Assembly: GCA_965242965.1 (NCBI GenBank)
Contig: OZ251518.1
Coordinates: forward strand, 4,064,001 to 4,128,000
Direction: 5' to 3'
Source: Candidatus Poribacteria bacterium
GTDB taxonomy: Bacteria > Poribacteria > WGA-4E > WGA-3G
Length of the DNA: 64,000 bases
A model generated the notes under the pieces. That model made no database searches. It saw nothing but the letters and a program-made list of their open reading frames with translations, and was not told where the DNA came from. Of the stretch, positions 1-9,734 are shown piece by piece (positions within the stretch are counted from its first letter, which is position 1; every line of letters starts with the position of its first letter). Both the position numbers and the translations under genes were made by a program.

Positions 1-509
1 GCGAGTGAGAAGGAATGCGCCGCTCGTCCATACCGCAAATCGCCGCAAACCCCCACAGTCAGGCCATCTACCTGTCCTTTTCGTCTGATGATGGTATAAA
101 GGTCTGTGAGTGCCTGCGTGGGGTGCGCGTGGCTGCCATCGCCGCCGTTAATGACAGAGATGTTCGCGTAGCGCGCCATTACCTGTGCCGCGCCCGCCCA
201 GTTGTGCCGGACGACAATCAAGTCTGCGTAATTCGTCACCATCCGCGCAGTATCGGCGAGGGTTTCACCTTTGGTAGCGGAGGTGCCGCTCGGGTCTGCG
301 AAGCCGAGTGTACCGCCGCTGAGGCGTTCCATCGCGCTCTCAAACGAGAGCCGCGTGCGCGTGCTTGGCTCATAAAACAGCGTCGCTAGCAACTTGCTGC
401 GGCAGATGCCGGCCCATGTCTCCAGTTGCGATTGCATCCCAGCGGCGAGCCGAAAAACGCCTTCAATCTCAAAATTCGACAAATCGTCAAGGGTTACCAG
501 ATGTCTCAT
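1..509 (-). CDS. pyrB: Aspartate carbamoyltransferase catalytic subunit (3' end outside window)
   Basis: Manual translation from ATG at 509 (SD GAGGAG): MRHLVTLDDLS...LFYEPSTRTRLSFE...KGETLADT...VVRH...INGGDGSHAHPTQALTDLYTI, matching ATCase motifs; lies downstream of pyrD. Not in ORF track because it runs off the edge. Confidence 0.95.
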   Translation of the reverse strand, partial: MRHLVTLDDLSNFEIEGVFRLAAGMQSQLETWAGICRSKLLATLFYEPSTRTRLSFESAMERLSGGTLGFADPSGTSATKGETLADTARMVTNYADLIVVRHNWAGAAQVMARYANISVINGGDGSHAHPTQALTDLYTIIRRKGQVDGLTVGVCGDLRYGRAAHSFSL

Positions 510-608
510 TTTCTCCTCAATGCTTCGCAGCAGTCGGCTCCGTTTTCCCGATACCGCGCATCAAGCCCGCGAGAGCTTTCCTGCTGCATGTGTTTTATGA
601 AGTCGCGC

Positions 609-1532
609 CTACACCCTTAAACTTCCAACTAATTCTTGAATTGATGCCATCTTCGCCTCTTTCAGATACGCGCGGATGCCGTCGACAACCTCTAGGGACG
701 CGTTCGGATTCACGAAATTCGCCGTGCCGACGGCGACAGCCGATGCACCGGCGATGAAAAATTCCACCGCGTCGGTAGCGTTCATAATGCCGCCCATTCC
801 GACGATGGGAATGGAAACGCTTTTGTAGACTTCCCACACCAAGCGGAGTGCCACTGGCTTTATGGCGGGCCCCGAGAGTCCGCCTGTTACATTTGCGAGT
901 TCAGGCGTGCGCGTTTCGGCGTTAATTGCCATGCCGAGGAGCGTGTTAATCGCCGAGAGCGCGTCCGCGCCGGCATCCTCAACGGCGCGCGCGATGACGG
1001 TGATGTCCGTGACGTTCGGCGATAACTTGACTAACAGCGGCAACTGTGTCTTCTCGCGCACCTGTTTCACCAATTGATGCGCCAGATGTGCGTCCACACC
1101 GAAACTCATTCCGCCGCAATCAAGGTTAGGACAGGAAATGTTGAGTTCCACGCCGGCAATCCCAGCCGCGCCGTTGAGTTTTTCGATAACCGTGAGGTAT
1201 TCCTCCACAGTCTTGCCGCAGACATTCACAATCACTTGCACGTCAAAATTGCGGAGGTAAGGAAGTTTCTGCGAAATAAAACTGTCTACGCCGACGTTTT
1301 GGAGGCCGATGGCGTTCAGCATGCCGGCGGGAGTCTCCATGATGCGTTGCATAGGGTTGCCGGGCCAGGGTGTGCTTGTTACACCCTTGACGACGATAGC
1401 ACCGAGTCGGTTCAAATCAACGAAGTCGGCGTATTCGCTGCCGTAGCCGAAGGTGCCGGAGGCAGTCATCACAGGATTCCTCATCGGAATGCCGCCGATA
1501 TTGACGCAGAGAGAGGTGTGGGGTGTAGTCAT
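609..1532 (-). CDS. pyrD: Dihydroorotate dehydrogenase, family 1
   Basis: NPVMTASGTFG, MLNAIGLQN, ELNISCPN, VKLSPN, GGLSGPAIKP motifs; ATG at 1532 preferred over TTG at 1568, which is part of the -35 box. Confidence 0.95.
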   Translation of the reverse strand: MTTPHTSLCVNIGGIPMRNPVMTASGTFGYGSEYADFVDLNRLGAIVVKGVTSTPWPGNPMQRIMETPAGMLNAIGLQNVGVDSFISQKLPYLRNFDVQVIVNVCGKTVEEYLTVIEKLNGAAGIAGVELNISCPNLDCGGMSFGVDAHLAHQLVKQVREKTQLPLLVKLSPNVTDITVIARAVEDAGADALSAINTLLGMAINAETRTPELANVTGGLSGPAIKPVALRLVWEVYKSVSIPIVGMGGIMNATDAVEFFIAGASAVAVGTANFVNPNASLEVVDGIRAYLKEAKMASIQELVGSLRV

Positions 1533-1539
1533 AGGGATT

Positions 1540-1568
1540 ATGATAATAGATTTGAGAGAAAATGTCAA
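1540..1568 (-). promoter_or_regulatory. sigma70-type promoter for pyrD-pyrB (probably leaderless)
   Basis: TTGACA-N17-TATCAT on the minus strand, ending 7 nt before the ATG at 1532. Confidence 0.65.
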
Positions 1569-1618
1569 GTGGAAAAAGTATCAATTTTGGGGTGCAGATT
1601 TGCGTAAGTAAAAAAAAT

Positions 1619-1647
1619 TTGACAAAAGGCAAAAAATGTGGTATTAT
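1619..1647 (+). promoter_or_regulatory. sigma70-type promoter for the RRM gene
   Basis: TTGACA(1619-1624)-N17-TATTAT(1642-1647). Confidence 0.65.
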
Positions 1648-2027
1648 ATAACGTGTGTATATTTTAGGGAAATTGAAGAGTGTCCGCTGAAAAAGTTACG
1701 AGTAGTTTTTTGACAGTTTTCCCTGTCGGCACCGGATGCCTTCTGAAGACAGAAGGGTTTCCTGTCCCGACACGAGATAAATAAGCGTTCATTGTGCCAA
1801 TCTACGCTTGCTGCCAAACTCCTGCCGAGAAAGAGGGAGTCTCGCCTGCTGGGATTCGGTTGCGTGTGCACACGTGTGCAACGCCGAAGTCCCACGAGGT
1901 GCTGCCTCCTGACAGTGCCCAGTTTCTCATTTTCCCGTTACTTTCAACCAAAAGGACAGGACAGGTGCGAAAGAGTGAGGCGCGCTGCAAGCGCGCGTCA
2001 CCGGTGCCAGTCCTAAGGAGAAACGCG

Positions 2028-2306
2028 ATGAATATCTACGTTGGCAACGTGCCATACGCAGCAACCGAAAACGATTTGGAAGAACTTTTTGGAGAATACG
2101 GTCCCGTTGCTACCGCCACGATTATCCGTGACCGGTATGACGGCCGCTCCAAAGGGTTTGGCTTCGTGGAGATGGAAAACCAAGAGGACGGCGAACGGGC
2201 GATAGAAGCATTGGACGGCTATGACATGATGGGCCGTCCGCTGAAAGTCAACCAGGCGCGTCCTCGCGAAGAGCGTCCACCTCGCCACCACCACTACGAT
2301 GCTTAG
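2028..2306 (+). CDS. Single-domain RNA-binding (RRM/RNP-1) protein
   Basis: MNIYVGNVPY (RNP2) and KGFGFVEM (RNP1); SD AAGGAG upstream of ATG 2028. Confidence 0.93.
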   Translation: MNIYVGNVPYAATENDLEELFGEYGPVATATIIRDRYDGRSKGFGFVEMENQEDGERAIEALDGYDMMGRPLKVNQARPREERPPRHHHYDA

Positions 2307-2557
2307 GCATCTCGGCGGCACGTCGCTCGCGATGTGTCGCAGTTAACAACGTTTCGCCCCGGATACGGAAACCAACGTCGGTTTCCGCCGGGGCTTTTCT
2401 GTTTGGCACGAAACGAGTAGGCGCGCTTGGAAAGCGCGCCTACAAGTGGTATGATATGAAATTAACTTGATTCCTATCGTCTCTGTAGGGAAAAATCCCC
2501 CGAACGCAGCGGCAAACTGAGTCTGGCAGACCCGAGAAGAATCAACTTCATTGGGCA

Positions 2558-3331
2558 CTATTCCTTCCGCTTGAGTTTCCCCCAAGTGACAGCAGCTTTG
2601 CCAGCCGGCTCTACGGCGACACCCAGCGCGGTTAACCCGTTATTCATGATGTCGGCAATATCGCTATCTTCCAACGGTGAATGGAAAATGGCGACTTCGT
2701 CCATCGCACCGGTGAACCAATTGCCTTCGCCATCCCAAACGCCGCAACCGCCGATATTCACGTTGAAATCGGAACGCCCGTGGTTGGGCCAACTCCCTGC
2801 CTTCTCCGTAGCGGTGCCATCAACATAAACCTTTGTGAACTCGCGCGTTGCAACGGTGGCGACATGATGCCACTCACCGGGCGGATGTTCGTAAGGATTC
2901 TCGTTACCACCCGCTGTGGGTGTCCACAGCATGACGGTGGTTGGGTTGATAAAACCGAATTCGGGGGAATCGTTCTGCCCTACCAACCCGACGCGGTTGG
3001 CAGTGATATTCCCCGGTTTCACCCAAGCAACGATTGTAAATTCGCGCAAGCCGTTCAGGAGTTTCTGCCCGGTCTGGACGCAATTGCCGGCACCATCAAA
3101 GGCTAAGGCACCACCAAACCGTCCCTCTACCCAGACAGGCGCGTTTACAACCGTCCCGTGATTATTGTTACCAGAGGAGTCCATAGCGGTACTCCCAGCA
3201 CCATCATCAAACAGCCAAACGCCGACAACTTTGCTCATGTCTACATCGGCACTGCCACTCGGCACAGCGACGAGACTCAGAACCATCAGACTCAGGCTGA
3301 ACAGGATACCTGTTAAAACATTCAATTTCAT
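2558..3331 (-). CDS. Secreted LamG/concanavalin A-like domain protein
   Basis: Signal peptide; VGVWLFDDGAG..A.DSSGN, GRFGGALAFDG, WHHVA, FTGAMDEVAIF; C-terminal AVEPAGKAAVTWGKLK. Confidence 0.85.
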   Translation of the reverse strand: MKLNVLTGILFSLSLMVLSLVAVPSGSADVDMSKVVGVWLFDDGAGSTAMDSSGNNNHGTVVNAPVWVEGRFGGALAFDGAGNCVQTGQKLLNGLREFTIVAWVKPGNITANRVGLVGQNDSPEFGFINPTTVMLWTPTAGGNENPYEHPPGEWHHVATVATREFTKVYVDGTATEKAGSWPNHGRSDFNVNIGGCGVWDGEGNWFTGAMDEVAIFHSPLEDSDIADIMNNGLTALGVAVEPAGKAAVTWGKLKRKE

Positions 3332-3654
3332 TTTTATCCTCTCACTTTCTTTAGAATTTACCTCGCCTCTCGGCGGGGATTGAACACATATTTATTATGA
3401 CATATTTTTCATAAAAATGCAAGTTTTTTTATTTCTTGACATTTAAACGGGGAATGCGGTATCATAGTTAAAAATTCTCAGCACCTGTTCGTTTTCGATT
3501 TCCGCTCTCCCGATGTAAGGTAAAGACAGCTGCCCAGATTCGCCTGTCAATTGCCGACAGACAGATAGACAGACTGACAGATAGGGACATCTGTCCTTAT
3601 AGGGCGCATCCGAGACTGAATCGTTCTAAAAAATTCCGTTCAAAATAGGACAAC

Positions 3655-5652
3655 ATGAAAAAAATAGTCTTCATTACACCATTTCTCTTCATCTTCGGGC
3701 TGATGCCTGCGTTCTCGGTGGACTTTATCACTTTGACGCGCGAGTTCGGCGGCAAAGGCGCAACCGAAGGCGCGTTTGGCAAGGAGATTCACCTCGCTTT
3801 TCGCGAGAATATCTACGTCAGCGATAAGGAGCATCGGCTCATCCAAAAATTGTCGCCGACAGGCACGTTCCTGATGCAGATTCCCGCCGATGCGACTTCT
3901 CCCGAAAATATCTTGCGCAAACCGGGGCACCTCGCCGTGGATACCGCGGGAAATATCTACGTCGCCGATGTCACCGCGCATCACATCGCCGAAACGACAG
4001 AACCGAAAATCTACATGTTCGCGCCGTGCGTCCACAAATTCAGCGCAACGGGTGAACCTTTAGATACCTATTTCGTTGAATCAGTGGATGAACGCCCGCG
4101 CATCGTTTTAACCGGCGCGCTCATCGTGGACGAAGAGGGAAAAACCGCCTTCGGCATTCAACCGAAAGGCTATGACAGGGCCCTCCGCGTCGCGGTTAAT
4201 TCACAAAACCAACTCTATGTTTTAGACGCGAAACGCGGGCGCATCCACTACTTCGATGCCGATGGAAAGCCGTTGCGCACCTTCGGCCGCTACGGCGCGG
4301 GCGATGGAGAATTCGACATGGATGCCGCTGATCTCGCGATTGACGCGCGCGGCAATGTGCTTATCGCTGATACCGGCAACCATCGCATCGTTCAGTTTGA
4401 TGCAAATGGCACTTTCATCCGAAGTTTCGGAAGAAAAGGACGCGGCAACGGACAATTCACGAAGCCGATGGCTCTCGCCGCGCTGCCGACAGGCGAAATC
4501 CTTGTCAAAGATGCCAGTCAATTCCGCCGCAAAGTCGGCGGATTGCCCGAAGTTGTCGCGCTATCGCCGACGTTGACGCAACTCAATGAAAGCACCCCTG
4601 GCCAAACCGAACTCGCCGATATGATTACCGACGCAACCCGGGCGGAATACGGGCCCTTCGCGCACAGCACCGGCACGACAACTAACCTCGCCGCGCTCAA
4701 TCGCCGGCTACGGCTGCTGGAAGAGGCGGAATACAGCCGCTACTATGAAACCGAAGGCGACGACGAAGACAAGGCAGAATTGGCTGAGGAACTCAAACGA
4801 AAGGACATCCGGCTGACGCTTTTTCATAACGTCATCTCGCGGGTTCAGAAGTTTGACAGGGATGGCAGATACATCGGGCGCATCATTTATGAAACAGACC
4901 GGCTCAGCGAGGAAAAACACGACGTGAGTTTCCTGGCACTCGATGCCGCGGGGTATCTCTATTTACGTGATGCAAGCGATTTCACAATCGCGCAATATGC
5001 CATCACCGGGTTCACGATTAAACCCTCGCACATGAACGGGTTCTATAGCGTGCGCGCAGCCAACCTTGACAACGAATATCTCGAAGATTACGAGGATATT
5101 GATGTCTCAACCGATGTGCAGGATGAACTCAGCCAGTTAGAATTGAAAAATATGTTCGGGTGGACGTATAGCCTCTCGGAACGGTGGCACTTGACATTCC
5201 TTGACGAGCTCACCTACGGCGAGCAGGACGAACGTTATGTCACGCCTGCCAAAGTTGAGGATAGTTACGATTTTCAGACGCAGGCATTGGAAAACGCCTT
5301 CGCTGCCAACCTGAAATTCATCACGAACCCGAATCCCTATCGGTATAAGGAGTTGAATCTGTCCATCGGACGCATTGACGGCACTTCGGATTTGACGCAG
5401 GACGCGCTGTTTCCGGAACTTAACCGTCAGCGTCGTGAAGACACCGGTGATGCGAATTCGACAGTAATCGAACTTAACTGGGATTTGTGGGCGCGGACGA
5501 ATTTGTGGTTCCGCTACGCCGATCTGAATCCTGCGGAGACGAGTCGCAACTTTGTCCGCCGCTTCTACGATGTCTCCGGCGATCTGTATGAGGTGTTCGG
5601 TAGCCGCAATCAGGCGCGGCAGTTCCTCGGCGAATTGACGATAAAATTCTAA
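3655..5652 (+). CDS. Secreted NHL-repeat beta-propeller protein with beta-rich C-terminal domain
   Basis: Signal peptide; NHL repeats (PGHLAVDTAGNIYVAD, DLAIDARGNVLIADTGNHRIVQFD, FGRKGRGNGQFTKP); ends LGELTIKF. Confidence 0.8.
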   Translation: MKKIVFITPFLFIFGLMPAFSVDFITLTREFGGKGATEGAFGKEIHLAFRENIYVSDKEHRLIQKLSPTGTFLMQIPADATSPENILRKPGHLAVDTAGNIYVADVTAHHIAETTEPKIYMFAPCVHKFSATGEPLDTYFVESVDERPRIVLTGALIVDEEGKTAFGIQPKGYDRALRVAVNSQNQLYVLDAKRGRIHYFDADGKPLRTFGRYGAGDGEFDMDAADLAIDARGNVLIADTGNHRIVQFDANGTFIRSFGRKGRGNGQFTKPMALAALPTGEILVKDASQFRRKVGGLPEVVALSPTLTQLNESTPGQTELADMITDATRAEYGPFAHSTGTTTNLAALNRRLRLLEEAEYSRYYETEGDDEDKAELAEELKRKDIRLTLFHNVISRVQKFDRDGRYIGRIIYETDRLSEEKHDVSFLALDAAGYLYLRDASDFTIAQYAITGFTIKPSHMNGFYSVRAANLDNEYLEDYEDIDVSTDVQDELSQLELKNMFGWTYSLSERWHLTFLDELTYGEQDERYVTPAKVEDSYDFQTQALENAFAANLKFITNPNPYRYKELNLSIGRIDGTSDLTQDALFPELNRQRREDTGDANSTVIELNWDLWARTNLWFRYADLNPAETSRNFVRRFYDVSGDLYEVFGSRNQARQFLGELTIKF

Positions 5653-5762
5653 ACTGGGAGTCCGCCGAAAAACTTGACATTCTCCTGCAAGATTTGCGAG
5701 ACTATTACGACATCGCCGCCGGCTTCGGCCCGGGCGATGCACCGAAAGGAACCGTAATCTGC

Positions 5763-6263
5763 ATGCAAAATCAACAATCAAAAGCACGGGTAGACGAGAG
5801 GGTCCCGTTTCTCGGTGTGAAACGTCGCTGGGTAGGCTATGCGTTGTTCATCTTCGTCATAAGCGTTCTTGTCTACACGGGCTTCTCCACGGCGGATTCG
5901 CTGACTACCGATGGGTGGCAGGGTTTCAGAACCGTCCGTGCAGTTTTTCACGATACATCGCAGGCACTGCCGTTTTTAGGCATCTTACCGATAGTTATCT
6001 TAGTGGTATGGGAGTTCATCATGATTCTTTATGAAATCGTTAAAGAGCAAATCGAGGCGCGTCAGCGCACGCGCATTGCCGCCCACGAAGCGCGCGGCGA
6101 AGAACGGGGTATCAAACTCGGCGAAGAGCGGGGCAAGGAATTAGAACGCGACACCTGGGTAGACTGGCTTGAACGCCGAGACGCAGCGGCAGCGGCGGGA
6201 GAACCGTTCACCGAACCGAATCCTGCCGAGAAACACAACGGCACCTCACCGCCTGCACCCTAG
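5763..6263 (+). CDS. Hypothetical membrane protein with a GEERGIKLG-type C-terminal tail
   Basis: Two hydrophobic segments followed by a charged helical tail; AAAGGA upstream of ATG 5763 (ORF track starts at TTG 5694). Confidence 0.6.
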   Translation: MQNQQSKARVDERVPFLGVKRRWVGYALFIFVISVLVYTGFSTADSLTTDGWQGFRTVRAVFHDTSQALPFLGILPIVILVVWEFIMILYEIVKEQIEARQRTRIAAHEARGEERGIKLGEERGKELERDTWVDWLERRDAAAAAGEPFTEPNPAEKHNGTSPPAP

Positions 6264-6276
6264 CGAGACTCGCCCA

Positions 6277-6591
6277 ATGATTCTTTATGAAATCGTTAAA
6301 GAGCAAATCGAGGCGCGTCAGCGCACGCGCATTGCCGCCCACGAAGCGCGCGGCGAAGAGCGAGGTATCAAACTCGGTGAAGAGCGGGGTATCAAACTTG
6401 GCGAAGAGCGAGGTATCAAACTCGGCGAAGAACGAGGTATCAAACTCGGCGAAGAACGCGGCAAGGAATTAGAACGCGACACCTGGGTAGACTGGCTTGA
6501 ACGCCGAGACGCAGCGGCAGCGGCGGGAGAACCGTTCACCGAACCGAATCCTGCCGAGAAACACAACGGCACCTCACCGCCTGCACCCTAG
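6277..6591 (+). CDS. Tandem duplicate of the C-terminal module of the upstream gene, with three extra 24-bp repeats
   Basis: Near-identical to 6021-6263; EERGIKLG unit expanded from 1 to 4 copies. Confidence 0.55.
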   Translation: MILYEIVKEQIEARQRTRIAAHEARGEERGIKLGEERGIKLGEERGIKLGEERGIKLGEERGKELERDTWVDWLERRDAAAAAGEPFTEPNPAEKHNGTSPPAP

Positions 6592-6687
6592 CCGAGACTC
6601 GCCAGCACTTGCGGCGAGAATCAATGAACTCGGTAGGCGCGGTTGCAAACCGCGCCTACCGACAGATTAGGAGAATGACAACAAACA

Positions 6688-7638
6688 ATGGATTTTCGTG
6701 CATTGCACCCCGAAGAATTAGAGGCATGGTTTGACCACGTCGGACATGTCTTCTCAACCTCGCGGCAATACTTTGTCAATCATTGGCAAAATGATCCGTG
6801 GAAAGACTTTGAGGGCATCCGTGTCGCTGTGGACAACGGACAGATTGTCAGCACGCTTCGCGTTTTTATCCGTTCTATGTTCCTGCACGGCGAACCGGTT
6901 TCCGTGGGCGGCATCGGCGAGGTAAGCACGCTGCCCGAATACCGCCGACGCGGACTTGCGACGCAACTGCTCAAGGATGCCATCTGTTTCATGGAAGAAC
7001 GCGAAATCGCTGTATCGTCCCTTCACGGTTCTCAGCGCATTTACTCGGCTGAGGGATGGGAAAGCGTGCCTCGGCATGAGGCGATGCAACACTTTTCGCA
7101 GCGCGAAAGCACGGACTGGACGATACGCCCAGTCGATTTCAATTCGCAAAATGAACTCGCGCAGATTGCGACACTTTATGATAGTTATTCGCGCAAATTC
7201 AACGGGGCCTTTGTCCGAGATGAACCGGCGTATTGGACAGATTGGGTGCAAACCGAATCCCCGAATGCATGGATTGCAGAAAAATCGGGGATGTTGGAAG
7301 GTTACATCGCCGTCGCTGGAAAATTGAGTGTTGAAGAGTTCGCCGTTTCTGATGCGCAATTCGCGCAGGATAGAGGCAAACGGCTATTTGAGGCGATGCT
7401 TGGGCATATCATCGCGCAGCAGGAAGCGGAGACGCTTGAGGTGAAATACGCGGCACCGATTGCCGACGGGTTCAACGCGCCCAAAGTTCATGCTTACGGC
7501 GGCACGATGTATCGCATCATGAACGCCGACAAAATGCCGCGTTGTGATTCACTGCCCGCGCTCCTGCACAATCAACCGGAATCTTTGACACAAGGAATCC
7601 AGTCACATCATATTTTTTGGCCTACCGATGGGTTTTAG
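6688..7638 (+). CDS. GNAT family N-acetyltransferase (Eis-like)
   Basis: GGIGEVSTLPEYRRRGLATQLL acetyl-CoA-binding motif; SD AGGAGA. Confidence 0.88.
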   Translation: MDFRALHPEELEAWFDHVGHVFSTSRQYFVNHWQNDPWKDFEGIRVAVDNGQIVSTLRVFIRSMFLHGEPVSVGGIGEVSTLPEYRRRGLATQLLKDAICFMEEREIAVSSLHGSQRIYSAEGWESVPRHEAMQHFSQRESTDWTIRPVDFNSQNELAQIATLYDSYSRKFNGAFVRDEPAYWTDWVQTESPNAWIAEKSGMLEGYIAVAGKLSVEEFAVSDAQFAQDRGKRLFEAMLGHIIAQQEAETLEVKYAAPIADGFNAPKVHAYGGTMYRIMNADKMPRCDSLPALLHNQPESLTQGIQSHHIFWPTDGF

Positions 7639-7760
7639 CATCTATCGTCGTGTCAGGTTTGCGAGGGACAGGCCCTCGCGCTACGGGCACAGGCAAAAAG
7701 GTCGGGTTTGCGAGGGACAGGCCCTCGCGCTACGGACACTGGCAAAAGGAAGAGGAGAAC

Positions 7761-8765
7761 ATGAACATGGCAAAATTACGCGTTGGAGTTATTGGATGTA
7801 GCGGCATCGGCACGACACATGCCTCCGGCTTAGTCGGATTGCCGAACGTTGAACTCGCCGCCGGGTGCGATTTTGTCCAAAGCACCCTTGACGCTTTCAA
7901 AGCGAAATGGCAGGATAACTGGCAGGACATATCCCTCTATACCAACCATCGGGAAATGCTCGCCGATGCGAATGTAGACATCGTCACCGTTGCAACGTCA
8001 GACCATCGGCATGCAGACCTGGTTGTTGACGCGGCGAACGCTGGTGTCAAGGGCATCTTCTGTGAGAAGCCGATGGCTACCAGCGTTGAAGATGCCGATA
8101 GGATGCTGGAGGCAACGGAACGAAATAACACGATTCTCTCGGTCGATCACACGCGCAGGTGGCAGCCGTTATGGCGGCATACGAAAGAGAAAGTCGTTGG
8201 GAGCGGCATGATTGGCGATGTCCAATATGTCATCGGCACGCTGAGCGGCGGCCGCGCGATGCTCTTCCGTAACGGCACGCACCTTGTTGACGCTATCTGC
8301 TACTTCGCCGAGTCGGCACCGGAGTGGGTCTCGGCAGAATTGGAAGACGGCTACGAAGCATATAGCGAGTATCAGGGCGACGGAGGACATGTCCCCGCCA
8401 CCGAACCGTCGGCGCATGGGTATATCCACTTCGCCAACGGCGTGCGCGGCTATTACGCAGGCGGCCCGAAGACAACGCTTGCCGGTTTCCGCCTTGAAAT
8501 CGTCGGCACGAAGGGCTATATCCTCATCAGCGACAAAGGCGCGATGCTCCACCAAGGCGACGATATCAGCGAGATTATTGCACCGGTGTGGGATGTCGTT
8601 GGCATTCCGGCGGGAGTGCAAGAACTCGTCAGTCTTGTCGCAGATGGCGGCGAACCAGTCTCTCCCGGCAGTGAGGGCCACAAAGTGGTTGAGATTATCA
8701 TCGGTTTCCTTACCTCGCAGCAGCGGGAAAATGGAAAGGTGCGTCTGCCGTTGCCGCGGGGATAG
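7761..8765 (+). CDS. Gfo/Idh/MocA family oxidoreductase
   Basis: LRVGVIGCSGIG, IFCEKPMA, GTHLVD; SD GAGGAG before ATG 7761. The longer ORF-track N-terminus is REP sequence. Confidence 0.9.
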   Translation: MNMAKLRVGVIGCSGIGTTHASGLVGLPNVELAAGCDFVQSTLDAFKAKWQDNWQDISLYTNHREMLADANVDIVTVATSDHRHADLVVDAANAGVKGIFCEKPMATSVEDADRMLEATERNNTILSVDHTRRWQPLWRHTKEKVVGSGMIGDVQYVIGTLSGGRAMLFRNGTHLVDAICYFAESAPEWVSAELEDGYEAYSEYQGDGGHVPATEPSAHGYIHFANGVRGYYAGGPKTTLAGFRLEIVGTKGYILISDKGAMLHQGDDISEIIAPVWDVVGIPAGVQELVSLVADGGEPVSPGSEGHKVVEIIIGFLTSQQRENGKVRLPLPRG

Positions 8766-8776
8766 TGGAGAAAGTT

Positions 8777-9268
8777 ATGGAAGCGACTTTTCGTCCGGAA
8801 AAATTCCAAAAGGTCTTGATGTCGTATTTAATTATGTGGGGCATCCTGTGGGCAGCGATCGTGCTGATTGTCAGCTTTGCGCCGCCGCATCGTGTTTTCG
8901 GGAAAGTTATCCTATACGGCACCACCTCGGTCGGTTACTTTGCGAACGGTTTATTTTCTCTCGGTGTAATAACGATCAGTCCAATTGTCTCGGTTGGGGT
9001 TATCGCTATCGGCCCGGGTGCCTGTGGGGTTATTGCGCTCGGCGGTGGCGGTGCGTGTGGGATTTACGCTGTCGGCGCGCATGCGGTAGGCGTTTTTGCT
9101 ATCGGGATAAACGCCCTCGGTCTCTTTACGTTGTCGCATTCGGAGAGCGGGAGGGGCCAGTATGTTTTCTCACCGAAACGCCAAGATGCGCGGGCGGTAA
9201 GACTCTATACGCGTTGGTTTCCGCAGTTTAAGCAAGCGTATCAGTCGGATGCTGAAGAGGAAAAATAG
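8777..9268 (+). CDS. Hypothetical membrane protein with GxxAxG repeats
   Basis: Hydrophobic N-terminus; GVIAIG/GVIALG/GIYAVG/GVFAIG repeats; SD GGAG. Confidence 0.65.
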   Translation: MEATFRPEKFQKVLMSYLIMWGILWAAIVLIVSFAPPHRVFGKVILYGTTSVGYFANGLFSLGVITISPIVSVGVIAIGPGACGVIALGGGGACGIYAVGAHAVGVFAIGINALGLFTLSHSESGRGQYVFSPKRQDARAVRLYTRWFPQFKQAYQSDAEEEK

Positions 9269-9308
9269 TGGCAAATGATGTTGAGCGGCAAAAACCGTCC
9301 TTCTGTTC

Positions 9309-9705
9309 GTAGGGCGAGGGCCTGTCCCTCGCCATCCCTTCTGTCTGGAGCAGGATTTCCAAGATGAGCAAGATATGAGCAGGATTTCCAAGATTTTCAA
9401 GATTAGCAGGATTAGGCGGTTTTTATTGCGCCGAAAGTCTCTTTAGGTCTGTAAGACCTTAATGTCTATAGAGCAATGCGACGCGAAGATGGCTAAGGTC
9501 TGTAGGACCTTAATATGCGTTTTATTTGGTGGCTATCCGAACCACGCCGCTGAACCGTAGGGCGAGGGCCTGTCCCTCGCCGTGCCTCGGTCTTAACAGC
9601 AAATGTCCGTGGCATCCGGGCTGTGGACGGTTTTCGTTTAGGTCGGTAGATCGCGGGGGACAGGCCCCCGCGCTACGGTGAAACGTAGAAAACCGCGCTA
9701 CGGGA
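9309..9705. repeat. Cluster of GTAG REP-like hairpins, CAGGAT/CAAGAT short repeats and a partial AGGTC-GTA-GACCT element
   Basis: GTAGGGCGAGGGCCTGTCCCTCGCC at ~9309 and ~9557, reverse REP at ~9650-9676. Confidence 0.8.
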
Positions 9706-9734
9706 GCAGCAGCGTTTTTTTCCGCGAAATAACC

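Noticed and set aside
3556-3586. GACA/GATA microsatellite-like run in the NHL gene leader
   Set aside because: Short and imperfect; not enough to support phase variation.
8284-9231. 315-aa alternative-frame ORF
   Set aside because: It overlaps two better supported genes and has no recognisable motif or SD.
9349-9415. CAGGAT/CAAGAT short repeats as iterons or regulator sites
   Set aside because: Irregular low-complexity run inside a REP cluster, with no rep gene or other context.
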